Assembly: GCF_002803295.2 (NCBI RefSeq)
Contig: NZ_PGGB02000002.1
Coordinates: forward strand, 1-32,000
DNA: 32,000 bases
DNA from: Caedibacter taeniospiralis
GTDB taxonomy: Bacteria; Pseudomonadota; Gammaproteobacteria; Francisellales; Francisellaceae
Direction: 5' to 3'
Under the pieces are notes generated by a model, which saw only the letters and a program-made list of their open reading frames with translations, searched no databases and was not told the DNA's origin. Shown here piece by piece: positions 1 through 9,290 of this stretch. The first letter of the stretch is position 1. Each line of letters starts with the position of its first letter. The translations under genes and the position numbers were made by a program.

Positions 1-41
1 ATTGTATTGAATATAAACAAATATAAATAGGAGAAACAGAA

Positions 42-557
42 ATGTCTACTCGACAAAGTTTAAATTATGCAGGTGCCCCAATGGTGTCTTTCCCTTGGGG
101 GTACACAAAAGAGCGTGCCAAGCATTATCTGTACAGTGAGGCGATTTACACCGAGCCGACCTATATTTGGGTTCTTACGATTAACAAAGGGAAATATCCT
201 GGTTTTGAAGAGCTGGAAGGAGGTGAAGTCTGCATTCCACAAGGTTATGGTGCTTTTGGTGAAATGCAGGCAATGCTCAATCAAAAAAAAGTGACACGAA
301 TAACAGCACTAACGATGCAGGATTGTTTTAACCAGCTAAAGAATAATCGTGTTGTGGCAGTGTATGCAAGCGAAGATGCGACTGACAACATCGCCCATAT
401 AACAGGTGGTGAGACACTTTTTACCAGGGCATTTATAGCTGATATGCTTACCTATTATCTGATTGCGGGTAAAAATCAGCCATACTCAGGACAGTTGATC
501 AAATCCTTTAACAAAGGCTTGAAACAATTTAAATTTAACCCTGCTAACGATTGCTGA
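42..557 (+). CDS. hypothetical protein, 171 aa, function not recognised; vague resemblance to a truncated solute-binding-type domain, no signal peptide
   Basis: Complete ORF. AGGAG at 29-33 lies 8 nt upstream of the ATG. No competing ORF of comparable quality. No diagnostic motif recognised. Confidence 0.5.
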   Translation: MSTRQSLNYAGAPMVSFPWGYTKERAKHYLYSEAIYTEPTYIWVLTINKGKYPGFEELEGGEVCIPQGYGAFGEMQAMLNQKKVTRITALTMQDCFNQLKNNRVVAVYASEDATDNIAHITGGETLFTRAFIADMLTYYLIAGKNQPYSGQLIKSFNKGLKQFKFNPANDC

Positions 558-751
558 TTTGGCTTAGGGTGAATATGGGGCATTTATCAATATCTGCTAA
601 ATCACAATTGTGAAGCAGTATTTTTTTATGCTAAGGTTGGGCTTGATAAGTGTGTGCAAAATTTTGTTGTGAAGCCATCGCGACAAGATAAGCAATCCAC
701 TATAATGCCTAACCACAATAAGCTACCGAAAGTGGCATATTACAAATTGGA

Positions 752-1040
752 GTTACGCACTTTTGCATTTTTGAACACCCTGCCTCGCAAGCCTGACCAC
801 TCCAGCGTGGTCAGGCTTGCGAGGCACCCCTCTTGGAAAGAGGGGAATTTTTCCGACAAATTGTTGCTAGATCCCCCTCTTTTCAAGAGGGGGGGTGAAA
901 AGCGCCCGAAAGAAGCAAACAGTTTTGCTTCTTTAGCTTTGAACGCCACAAGCTCTGCGCGTGTGGCTGACGGGTCTGACCACTCCAGAGTGGTCAGACG
1001 GGGTGTTTTCTAAACTACAAAGTTTGTGAGAGTGCGCAAC
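752..1040. repeat. composite hairpin-rich MITE/REP-like element (copy A)
   Basis: Imperfect terminal inverted repeat: GTTACGCACTTTTGCA at 752-767 versus AGTGCGCAAC at 1031-1040. Internal perfect hairpins: 783-800/807-824 (18 bp), 827-834/838-845, 873-881/885-893, 909-919/924-934 (11 bp), 974-983/990-999. Modules recur at 9081-9242 and 23629-23740. Confidence 0.8.
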
Positions 1041-1090
1041 CCCAGTTACAAAGGTTAAAACCAAGCGAAATCAATAGGAATTACATTTAC

Positions 1091-2995
1091 ATGAAAAAAA
1101 ATGAGTTCTTGCGAAATGCACTATTCTGGGGGCTAATTGCTGTCGGGTTAGTGTTTATTTTTAGCAATATGAGCACAAAAATAGAACCGTCAGCGATGAT
1201 GAAATACTCGAATTTTGTACGGCAATTAAATAGTGGCAATATTCAATCGGTAACTGTGGATGGGCGAACGTTTACAGGAACAACAGATGCAGGTGAGAAA
1301 TTTACAACCTATGCTCCACTTTTAGATCAAGGCATAGTTGACCAAATGCTGACTAAAAATACGGAAGTTTCGGCTAAGGCACCGGAGAAGCCAAGTTTAT
1401 TACTGGCGTTTTTATTTAACTGGCTGCCGCTATTATTGATTGCAGGCTTCTTTATTTTTCTAATGATGCGTGCAGGTGGCGGTAGAGGTGGTGCTTTCTC
1501 TTTTGGCAAAAGCAAGGCCAAGTTATTGGGTGAGGATCAAATTAAGGTTACGCTTGCGGATGTGGCAGGTGTCGATGAAGCTAAGGAAGAGGTGGGTGAA
1601 ATCGTTGATTTTCTTAAAAACCCCGCTAAATACGAAAAAATCGGCGGAAAAATTCCAAAGGGCGTGCTCATGGTAGGTCCCCCTGGGACGGGTAAGACGC
1701 TGTTGGCGCGAGCGATTGCAGGTGAGGCAAAAGTGCCTTTTTTCTCCATTTCGGGTTCTGATTTTGTTGAGATGTTTGTGGGCGTTGGGGCATCACGTGT
1801 CAGAGATATGTTTGAACAAGCGAAGCGTCGAGCACCTTGTATTATCTTTATTGATGAAATTGATGCCGTTGGGCGCCACCGCGGTGCGGGTCTAGGTGGT
1901 GGGCATGATGAGCGTGAGCAAACCTTAAACCAGATGCTGGTTGAGATGGATGGCTTTGCCGACAATGAAGGTGTTATTGTTATTGCGGCAACTAATCGCC
2001 CCGATGTGCTGGATCCTGCACTTTTGCGTCCAGGACGTTTTGATAGACAAGTAACGGTTGGTCTTCCAAGTGTTAAAGGTCGTGAACAGATTTTAAAAGT
2101 TCACATGCGTAAGATTGCCGTGGCAGATGAGGTTAGAGTGGATTGGATTGCGCGAGGCACCCCAGGATTCTCAGGAGCAGAGCTTGCCAATTTAGTGAAT
2201 GAAGCCGCATTGTTTGCTGCAAGAGTGAATAGAGAAATCGTTGGCATGGAAGAGTTTGAAAAAGCCAAAGATAAAATTTTAATGGGTGCTGAGCGTCGCT
2301 CAATGGCGATGACGGATGAGCAGAAGCGTCTCACAGCCTACCACGAAGCAGGGCACGCGATCGTTGGGCGGCTGGTACCTGATCATGATCCTGTATATAA
2401 GGTGAGCATTATTCCAAGAGGACGCGCCTTAGGAGTCACAATGTACTTACCAGATGGTGATCAAGTCAGCCAATCACGTGAGCAGCTGCTAAGCCGTTTA
2501 TCGAGTATTTTTGGCGGTCGCATCGCAGAAGTGCTTATTTTCGGTTATGACAAGGTGACTACTGGGGCATCAAATGATATTCAGGTAGCAACCAGCATTG
2601 CCAGAAGCATGGTTACCAAGTGGGGGCTGTCTGACAAAATGGGACCAATTTTGTTTGATGAGGATGATCAGCAGCCATTTTTAGGGCAGAGCATGGGTAA
2701 AACTCCTAAGCATTTCTCTGATAAAACTGCGGTGGATATTGATAGCGAAGTACGGCGTTTAATCGATGAAAATTACAAAAGAGCTGAAAAGATTCTAAAA
2801 GAGAATATGGACATTCTGCATGCTATGGCTGAAGCGTTAATGAAGTATGAAACGATAGACTCAATGCAGGTCGATGACCTGATGGCGCGTCGCGAGGTCA
2901 GGGAGCCTGGTGATTGGGGTGATAGTTATATCCCCAAGGAGGAAAAAGAAGGAAACTCAAAATCCGTGTCTAAAAACGTCAGTCAGCCAGGTTAA
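1091..2995 (+). CDS. ftsH: ATP-dependent zinc metalloprotease FtsH
   Basis: 634 aa with an N-terminal TM segment, Walker [12 protein letters not shown] second region of homology, and zinc site HEAGHA. Full-length collinearity with FtsH. Confidence 0.97.
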   Translation: MKKNEFLRNALFWGLIAVGLVFIFSNMSTKIEPSAMMKYSNFVRQLNSGNIQSVTVDGRTFTGTTDAGEKFTTYAPLLDQGIVDQMLTKNTEVSAKAPEKPSLLLAFLFNWLPLLLIAGFFIFLMMRAGGGRGGAFSFGKSKAKLLGEDQIKVTLADVAGVDEAKEEVGEIVDFLKNPAKYEKIGGKIPKGVLMVGPPGTGKTLLARAIAGEAKVPFFSISGSDFVEMFVGVGASRVRDMFEQAKRRAPCIIFIDEIDAVGRHRGAGLGGGHDEREQTLNQMLVEMDGFADNEGVIVIAATNRPDVLDPALLRPGRFDRQVTVGLPSVKGREQILKVHMRKIAVADEVRVDWIARGTPGFSGAELANLVNEAALFAARVNREIVGMEEFEKAKDKILMGAERRSMAMTDEQKRLTAYHEAGHAIVGRLVPDHDPVYKVSIIPRGRALGVTMYLPDGDQVSQSREQLLSRLSSIFGGRIAEVLIFGYDKVTTGASNDIQVATSIARSMVTKWGLSDKMGPILFDEDDQQPFLGQSMGKTPKHFSDKTAVDIDSEVRRLIDENYKRAEKILKENMDILHAMAEALMKYETIDSMQVDDLMARREVREPGDWGDSYIPKEEKEGNSKSVSKNVSQPG

Positions 2996-3059
2996 AAGAA
3001 GCTGGTGCCATATAACTACTATAACTACCACCTGATGAAAAAAGGAGTGCGCAATGGAG

Positions 3060-3608
3060 TTAATTCAAGTGAGTTCCCAACTCATTGAGGATTTGTCTTC
3101 TATGAGTGAAAGCACCTTTTTTTCTAAACCAAAGCGCTTCATTAATGTCTTCGACAGTTGTGGCGTGCTCAATAATCTGGTGATCTTTGATTTTACCCTG
3201 CCGATAAAACCATTCAGCGACGGCACTCCAGCGCCATAAAGGACTCTTGTTATGTATTTTCAAAATCGGTTTGGGAAAATCGTTATTACCTCTTTTGCCC
3301 AATATATAGAGAGATAGTGCCTGCTTACTCAGTGACACCCTGTCGGCAATATCGGATGAGCTTACAAGATGCTCTGGTGCAACACTGGTGACTGACGCAT
3401 TTATGTTCGCTGATTCAATATCTTTAATGGCTGAGATAATAGCTTGTTCAAAGTCATCACCCTCTCTGTCAAAATCCAAGTATACGGTACCGTTTTTAAA
3501 ATTGATTATAGCGTCATCACAACCTGCTTCAAACAGTGAATCCTCCAAATTTGGGGTGTTTAGATCAACATTTTGAAGAATAAGTGTAAATTGCTGCGTT
3601 TTACTCAT
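3060..3608 (-). CDS. DNA-binding (HTH) protein, putative antitoxin of a two-gene TA-like module
   Basis: Start taken at internal Met72 of the 253-aa track ORF (ATG at 3608). AAGGAG (complement of 3615-3620) lies 6 nt upstream. The start overlaps the upstream gene stop as ATGAGTAA. The N-terminal domain (EDSLFEAGCDDAIINFKNGTVYLDFDRE) is followed by an HTH-like segment (SSSDIADRVSLSKQALSLYILGKRG). Confidence 0.7.
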   Translation of the reverse strand: MSKTQQFTLILQNVDLNTPNLEDSLFEAGCDDAIINFKNGTVYLDFDREGDDFEQAIISAIKDIESANINASVTSVAPEHLVSSSDIADRVSLSKQALSLYILGKRGNNDFPKPILKIHNKSPLWRWSAVAEWFYRQGKIKDHQIIEHATTVEDINEALWFRKKGAFTHRRQILNELGTHLN

Positions 3609-3849
3609 TTCTATCTCCTTGGTGTTCGCAATTATCAACGACTCGTTTAATTTGTTTCGCGTGATTCTCAGTACTGCGCGGCGTTGACCATATACTGACT
3701 GAATGACCATCTCGATCTTCAAATGGGCATAGTAATCGACCCCAGGCATGAGCAGAATTTCCGCTGGATTGGTAACGGTAACGCCATCCTTTTGCTTCAG
3801 CGTATTTGATAGCTTTCTCAATGTCTTTATTTGGGTGCTTGGGTCGCAT
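3601..3849 (-). CDS. small basic protein (82 aa), possible HicA-like toxin; family not securely recognised
   Basis: ORF lies directly downstream of a consensus sigma70 promoter. Its stop overlaps the start of the next gene. The KDIEKAIKYAEAKGWR...SAHAWG pattern loosely resembles the HicA N-terminal GW...GSH pattern. Confidence 0.6.
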   Translation of the reverse strand: MRPKHPNKDIEKAIKYAEAKGWRYRYQSSGNSAHAWGRLLCPFEDRDGHSVSIWSTPRSTENHAKQIKRVVDNCEHQGDRNE

Positions 3850-3880
3850 ACAGCTTCTTAACCACGATTAATTATGTTGG

Positions 3881-3910
3881 ATTATAGACTGGTGTTGACT
3901 TATGTCAACA
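3881..3910 (-). promoter_or_regulatory. sigma70 consensus promoter with overlapping palindromic operator for the 3849..3060 operon
   Basis: On the minus strand: TTGACA (3908..3903), 16-nt spacer, TATAAT (3886..3881). A perfect inverted repeat TGTTGAC-N4-GTCAACA at 3893-3910 overlaps the -35. Confidence 0.65.
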
Positions 3911-3936
3911 ATAAGGGGTGGGTTTAAGCAAATTTT

Positions 3937-3966
3937 CCCTTGAAATATATTTTTTAACTCCCACTT
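3937..3966 (+). promoter_or_regulatory. sigma32-type heat-shock promoter candidate for htpG
   Basis: CCCTTGAAA (3937-3945), 14-nt spacer, CCCACTT (3960-3966). Compare the sigma32 consensus CCCTTGAA-N13-15-CCCCATNT. Located about 50 nt upstream of the htpG ATG. Confidence 0.5.
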
Positions 3967-4014
3967 GCTTGCGGTTGAATTTTGAATTAAACGCAAATCT
4001 AAATAGGAGCTAAT

Positions 4015-5907
4015 ATGTCTGAAAAACAAGTTTATGATTTTCAAACCGAGGTGAAACAACTGCTGCACCTTGTCATCCATTCACTGTATTCAAACCGTGA
4101 AATTTTCTTAAGAGAGCTGATTTCTAATGCCTCAGATGCGGCAGAGAAACTGCGTTTTGAAGCATTGAGTAATGCTGACATTTTTGAGAACGATGCAGAT
4201 CTGAAAGTACGCATTTCTTTCGATAAGGATGCAAAAACCATCACAATTTCAGACAACGGTATCGGTATGACGCGTGATGAGGCGATTGAACATTTAGGGA
4301 CGATTGCAAAATCAGGAACTAAAAAATTCTTAGAAGCGCTAAGTGGTGATCAAAGCAAAGACTCGCAGCTGATTGGTCAGTTTGGCGTTGGCTTTTATTC
4401 ATCTTATATTGTGGCAGACAAAGTCACAGTGAATACACGTAAGGCAGGAGCTGCGGCATCCCAGGGTGTTCGTTGGGAATCAAAAGCGGATGCCTCGTTC
4501 ACAGTCGAAGATATTACTAAGGAAAGCCGTGGCACTGAGATTATTCTCCATTTAAAGGATGAGGAAAAGGACTTATTAGATGACTGGAAATTGCGTCAAA
4601 TCGTTAAAAAATATTCCGATCATATTTCTCTGCCAATTCAAATGTTGAAGACGGAATATGATGAAGAGGGTAATGCAAAGGAAACTCAGGAATGGGAAAC
4701 CATCAATAAAGCCAAAGCCTTGTGGACACGTTCAAAAGCGGATATTACGGATGATGAGTATAAAGAGTTTTATAAACATATTTCGCATGATTTTACCGAT
4801 CCATTAACCTGGTCACACAATAAAGTTGAAGGCAATTTAGAGTATACAAGCCTGTTGTATTTGCCTGAGCGCGCGCCTTTTGATCTATGGGATCGTGAGC
4901 GTAAATCGGGTTTGCAGCTTTATGTGCAGCGTGTATTTATCATGGAAAACGAACATTTATTGCCGTCCTATTTGCGTTTTGTTAAAGGAGTGATTGATTC
5001 TAATGACTTACCTTTAAACATTTCACGTGAAATTTTACAGCACAATAAAGTGATTGATAAAATCAAAAAAGCGACCGCCAAGAAAGTCCTCGATATGCTG
5101 GCGAAAATGGCAGAAGATGAAAAAGAGCAGTATGGCAAGTTTTGGAAGGCGTTTGGTCAAGTGCTAAAAGAAGCGCCAGCCGAAGATCATGAAAACAAAG
5201 AGAAAATTGCCCAGTTATTGCGTTTTGCCTCCACACATAAAAATACGGCTGAGCAGGATGTTTCTCTCGTGGACTATGTCTCACGCATGAAGGAAGATCA
5301 GAAGTTTATCTATTACGTAACCGCGGAGAGTTTTAATGCAGCGAAAAACAATCCACAATTGGAGGTTTTCCGCAAAAAAGGTATTGAAGTTCTGTTGTTA
5401 AGCGATCGCGTGGATGAGTGGATGACCTCGCATTTATCTGAGTTTGAAGGTAAAACCCTGAAGTCAGTTGCCAAAGGTGATTTGGATTTGGGTAGTTTAG
5501 ATTCAGAGGATGAGAAAAAACATCAGGAAGAAACTCAAAAAGCGTTTGAAACCATTATCAAGCAAATGAAAGAAGTGTTGAAAGCCCACGTTGATGAGGT
5601 TCGTATTTCTAAGCGCTTAACCAACTCCCCAAGTTGCATTGTGGTGAACGATTATGGCATGAGTATGCACTTGCAAAAAATGATGGCAGACGCAGGACAG
5701 ATGATGATGCCTGGCATGGGGGGTAAACCGATTCTTGAAATCAATGCTGAACATAAGCTGGTTAAACATTTGCAGCAAGAACAGGACGATGCACAATTTG
5801 CCGACTGGACAAATCTTTTATATCAGCAGGCGCTGCTTGTTGAAGGGGCGCAGCTTGAGGACCCCGCAAGCTTTGTGAGTCTAATGAATAGGTATCTGGC
5901 GGTATAA
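4015..5907 (+). CDS. htpG: molecular chaperone HtpG (Hsp90)
   Basis: 630 aa. N-terminal GHKL ATPase motifs ([28 protein letters not shown]). AGGAG upstream. Full-length HtpG collinearity. Confidence 0.97.
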   Translation: MSEKQVYDFQTEVKQLLHLVIHSLYSNREIFLRELISNASDAAEKLRFEALSNADIFENDADLKVRISFDKDAKTITISDNGIGMTRDEAIEHLGTIAKSGTKKFLEALSGDQSKDSQLIGQFGVGFYSSYIVADKVTVNTRKAGAAASQGVRWESKADASFTVEDITKESRGTEIILHLKDEEKDLLDDWKLRQIVKKYSDHISLPIQMLKTEYDEEGNAKETQEWETINKAKALWTRSKADITDDEYKEFYKHISHDFTDPLTWSHNKVEGNLEYTSLLYLPERAPFDLWDRERKSGLQLYVQRVFIMENEHLLPSYLRFVKGVIDSNDLPLNISREILQHNKVIDKIKKATAKKVLDMLAKMAEDEKEQYGKFWKAFGQVLKEAPAEDHENKEKIAQLLRFASTHKNTAEQDVSLVDYVSRMKEDQKFIYYVTAESFNAAKNNPQLEVFRKKGIEVLLLSDRVDEWMTSHLSEFEGKTLKSVAKGDLDLGSLDSEDEKKHQEETQKAFETIIKQMKEVLKAHVDEVRISKRLTNSPSCIVVNDYGMSMHLQKMMADAGQMMMPGMGGKPILEINAEHKLVKHLQQEQDDAQFADWTNLLYQQALLVEGAQLEDPASFVSLMNRYLAV

Positions 5908-5956
5908 CTGCGAATTTTAATGCCTATAGCTCTGAGGATGAATAAGAAGACAAACT

Positions 5957-6295
5957 TTAGAGAGCTTCTTGATTCATCTCTCCCGTACGGATACGGATAA
6001 CTTCTTCTAAGTGGGTGATGGTGATTTTCCCTGCGCCTATTTTATCTGTTTGATTAACGCTGATGATGGCATTAACAAAATCCTTTTTTTGTTCATCACA
6101 GCAAATAACTTCTACTTTTATTTTAGGCAGGAAATCAACAGCGTATTCAGCGCCACGATAGAGTTCAGTGTGCCCTAGCTGGCGACCAAAGCCTTTGACC
6201 TCAGTGATAGTGATACCCGTTGCTCCGACATTCAACAACTCTTCACGAGTGCGATCAAGTAGATAAGGTTTAATGTAAGCAGTAATTAGCTTCAT
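5957..6295 (-). CDS. glnB: nitrogen regulatory protein P-II
   Basis: 112 aa with T-loop GRQLGHTELYRGAEY (Tyr51 conserved) and DFLPKIKVEV. No amtB adjacent, so the glnB versus glnK assignment is uncertain. Confidence 0.9.
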   Translation of the reverse strand: MKLITAYIKPYLLDRTREELLNVGATGITITEVKGFGRQLGHTELYRGAEYAVDFLPKIKVEVICCDEQKKDFVNAIISVNQTDKIGAGKITITHLEEVIRIRTGEMNQEAL

Positions 6296-6373
6296 GCGTG
6301 AACTGATTGGTCAATTTGGCTGTCTATGCTACATTATGCACTATCTGTTAGTAAAGCAATTAAGTGGTAGTGT

Positions 6374-6628
6374 ATGAAACTTAACAATAAACTCATTGAT
6401 GATGTGGCTAGTAAAATTTCAAGTGGGATCCCAGATAGTCTAAAGACGATTGCCAGTGAGCTTGAAAGTAATTGTAAGAGTGTTCTTAGGGCAAGTTTTG
6501 AGAAACTTGATCTGGTTACGCGCGAGGAGTTTGATATTCAAAAGGAAGTGCTGGTGAAAACCCGTCTAAAACTTGAGCAACTTGAAAAAAAAGTAGACGC
6601 GCTTATTGCCAAATGTGATGAGCAATAG
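6374..6628 (+). CDS. ubiK: ubiquinone biosynthesis accessory factor UbiK (YqiC/BMFP family)
   Basis: 84-aa coiled-coil protein. LDLVTREEFDIQKEVLVKTRLKLEQLEKKV matches the conserved UbiK core LDLVSREEFDVQ. Confidence 0.85.
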   Translation: MKLNNKLIDDVASKISSGIPDSLKTIASELESNCKSVLRASFEKLDLVTREEFDIQKEVLVKTRLKLEQLEKKVDALIAKCDEQ

Positions 6629-6636
6629 GCTCAAAA

Positions 6637-8145
6637 ATGTCATTAGCTACGGTTTATAGCCGCGCCCAGCTTGGCGTTGACGCTCCTCAAGTGACGGTTG
6701 AGGTACATTTATCGCATGGATTGCCAAGCTTATCTATCGTTGGTTTGCCAGAAGCTGCTGTGAAAGAGAGCAAAGATCGCGTGAGAAGTGCGATTATTAA
6801 TTCAGGTTTTCAGTTCCCAAATAAACGCATTACGATTAATCTTGCGCCTGCGGATTTACCAAAGGAAGGTGGGCGATACGATTTGCCGATTGCCATTGGT
6901 GTTTTGATTGCATCCCAGCAGATTATTGCCCCTGATGTCCTTGAATATGAATTTGCTGCTGAGCTCTCATTATCTGGTAAACTTAGACCCATTAAAGGTA
7001 TTTTGCCTTTTGCGATTCAAAGTTTAAAACATCAAAGATGTCTTATGATTGCGCCTAAAAATCAGTCAGAGGTAACGCTTTTGCCCAAGCTATGCGCCTA
7101 TGCGGCAAATAACCTGCAAGAGGTTGTTTTGCACTTGTCAAAAACTCAATTTTTAAATGAGGCAGTACCAGATCAAACGGAGAAGACAAATCTGTTCCCG
7201 TTGTTGGATCTGTCCGAGGTAAAGGGTCAGTTTCAGGCGAAACGTGCGCTTGAGATTGCGGCAGCTGGAGGGCACAATGTATTGTTTATTGGTCCTCCTG
7301 GAACGGGTAAAACGATGCTGGCTTCCCGCTTTCACACAATACTCCCTAAGCTGACTATGGAAGAAGCGTTAGGCAGTGCAATGATTGCGTCTATCAAGGG
7401 AGTAAGTGATATTGCCACACATTTTTATGATCGACCATTTCGAGCTCCACATCACACCTCATCAGCAGTGGCACTCGTTGGTGGTGGCTCAAATCCCAAG
7501 CCTGGGGAGATTTCACTGGCGCATAATGGCGTTTTATTTTTAGATGAACTCCCTGAATTTGATCGCAGAGTTTTGGAGGTGCTAAGAGAGCCGCTAGAGT
7601 CAGGAAGAATTGTTATATCTCGAGCAAGCGCGCAGGTGGAGTATCCTGCTAAGTTTCAATTGATTGCAGCAATGAATCCTTGTCCTTGCGGGTTTTTAGG
7701 ATCACAAGTGAAACTCTGTAAAGATACAGATGCCCAAATCAAACACTATCAACAAAAACTGTCAGGACCATTACTGGATCGCATTGATCTGCAGGTTGAG
7801 GTGTTGGAAATAGACCATCAGACGCTGACGGGAAAAGCGGAAGGTGAAGCAAGTCAAGCTATTAAAAAGCGCGTTTGTGCAGCAAGAGTCTTACAAGTCA
7901 AACGGCAGGGGAAAATTAATGCTGAACTGCAAGGTAAGGAAATTGATCAATTCTGCGTTTTAGGGGATAATGAGCGCCTGTTGTTGACTGAGGCTATCCA
8001 AAAATTAGGTTTATCTGCCAGGGCTTATCATCGCATCCTGAAAATTTCGCGGACAATTGCTGATTTGGTAGGGCAAACAATAATTGATAAGCACCATATT
8101 CAAGAGGCTTTGAGTTATCGTAAGCTTGAGCGTTTTCAGCAGTAA
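6637..8145 (+). CDS. comM: YifB/ComM family Mg-chelatase-like ATPase
   Basis: 502 aa. N-terminal Lon-protease-like domain, Walker [18 protein letters not shown], and a CPCG zinc-like motif. The glnK/ubiK/comM neighbourhood is also seen in Pseudomonas. Confidence 0.93.
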   Translation: MSLATVYSRAQLGVDAPQVTVEVHLSHGLPSLSIVGLPEAAVKESKDRVRSAIINSGFQFPNKRITINLAPADLPKEGGRYDLPIAIGVLIASQQIIAPDVLEYEFAAELSLSGKLRPIKGILPFAIQSLKHQRCLMIAPKNQSEVTLLPKLCAYAANNLQEVVLHLSKTQFLNEAVPDQTEKTNLFPLLDLSEVKGQFQAKRALEIAAAGGHNVLFIGPPGTGKTMLASRFHTILPKLTMEEALGSAMIASIKGVSDIATHFYDRPFRAPHHTSSAVALVGGGSNPKPGEISLAHNGVLFLDELPEFDRRVLEVLREPLESGRIVISRASAQVEYPAKFQLIAAMNPCPCGFLGSQVKLCKDTDAQIKHYQQKLSGPLLDRIDLQVEVLEIDHQTLTGKAEGEASQAIKKRVCAARVLQVKRQGKINAELQGKEIDQFCVLGDNERLLLTEAIQKLGLSARAYHRILKISRTIADLVGQTIIDKHHIQEALSYRKLERFQQ

Positions 8146-8171
8146 CAATCGATAAGTAACACGGTAAAAAG

Positions 8172-9074
8172 ATGAAAAAAATAGGCTCGCAAGTTTTAGT
8201 TTTAGTCTTGTATTTATGGGGGAAATTAAGTTTTAGCGTGGTGCAACGGCTTGGTTGGTTTATTGGCACGCTGTTTTTTTACCTTAATAGCGATATGCGC
8301 CGCGTTGCACGTATCAACATTGACAAATGCTTTCCTGAGCTTAGTGAATACCACAAAAAAAAGCTATTGAAAGGGACGCTGCAGCAGACCTGTATGACAG
8401 GCGCCGAAATGCCAGGGATATTATTTAAAAGCCCTCAGAAATTGTTGCAGCAGATTCAGGTGTGTTATGGTGAAAAACTGATGCAAGAGCTCTATGAACA
8501 AGGTAGAGGGGTTTTGCTAGTAGCGCCTCATTTGGGAAGTTATGAAATAGCGTCGATGTATATTTCAAGTAAATATCCTTCGGCGATGTTGTATACGCCC
8601 CCTAAAATTAAAGTTCTGGATCGGCTGATTCTTCAAGCGCGCTCACGCTTGTGCAAAAATATGTCGCCAGCAAATCATAAGGGCGTGAAGATAATCTTCA
8701 AGGCGCTTGCTAATAAAGAGGTCATTGCGATGCTGACTGACCAGGTTCCAGTGGATGCAGGTGGTAGTTATATTGATTTCTTTGGACATCCAGCTAAAAC
8801 GATGAATTTTCCCGATAAACTGTATAAGCGCTACAAGCCCGCGGTTGTGTTAAGCTATGCGGTACGTAATTCCATTGGTAAGGGGTTGACTTTGTATATC
8901 GAAGATCTGGAACCACTAATCAAGCAATATCAAGCGATAGAGGGAATGAAAGATCCAGTAGCTTACGCATTTACCAGGCGCTTTGAGGAAATCATTCGCC
9001 AGTATCCCTCGCAATATCAGTGGGCATACAAACGCTTTAAATATCACCCGCAAGGTGTTGATTTTTATAAATAA
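8172..9074 (+). CDS. lipid A biosynthesis late acyltransferase (LpxL/LpxM/HtrB family)
   Basis: 300 aa with an N-terminal TM helix, an H-x4-E acyltransferase motif (APHLGSYE), and the C-terminal PSQYQWAYKRFK motif typical of the family. Confidence 0.88.
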   Translation: MKKIGSQVLVLVLYLWGKLSFSVVQRLGWFIGTLFFYLNSDMRRVARINIDKCFPELSEYHKKKLLKGTLQQTCMTGAEMPGILFKSPQKLLQQIQVCYGEKLMQELYEQGRGVLLVAPHLGSYEIASMYISSKYPSAMLYTPPKIKVLDRLILQARSRLCKNMSPANHKGVKIIFKALANKEVIAMLTDQVPVDAGGSYIDFFGHPAKTMNFPDKLYKRYKPAVVLSYAVRNSIGKGLTLYIEDLEPLIKQYQAIEGMKDPVAYAFTRRFEEIIRQYPSQYQWAYKRFKYHPQGVDFYK

Positions 9075-9080
9075 TTGGGG

Positions 9081-9242
9081 GTTACGAACTTTTGCTGCAC
9101 TACCCCGCCTCGCAGGCTCGGCACCCCTTCACTTGTGAAGGGGAATTTTTGAGAAGCCCCTGTCCTGCAATTCCCCTTCGTTAGCGAAGGGGTGGCTGCG
9201 AAGCAGACGGGGTAGTCTTCAAGCTCAGCAAAAGTTCGTAAC
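9081..9242. mobile_element. 162-bp MITE (copy B of the hairpin repeat family)
   Basis: Perfect 17-bp terminal inverted repeats: GTTACGAACTTTTGCTG (9081-9097) and CAGCAAAAGTTCGTAAC (9226-9242). Internal hairpins at 9124-9131/9136-9143 and 9173-9180/9185-9192. No coding capacity. Confidence 0.85.
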
Positions 9243-9290
9243 TTCAGTAAATAACTGAAGTAGGTAACTTCTCTAAACTGAGGATAAAAA

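Noticed and set aside
654-1013. 119-aa plus-strand ORF, with the 69-aa antisense ORF at 740..949
   Set aside because: It lies entirely across the hairpin modules of MITE copy A. The translated sequence is low-complexity read-through of palindromes, with no SD and no family resemblance.
3609-3821. N-terminal 71 codons of the 253-aa track ORF 3060..3821
   Set aside because: This part overlaps the 82-aa gene in another frame. The internal ATG at 3608 has an AAGGAG SD and the typical ATGAGTAA stop/start overlap, so the shorter 182-aa product is preferred.
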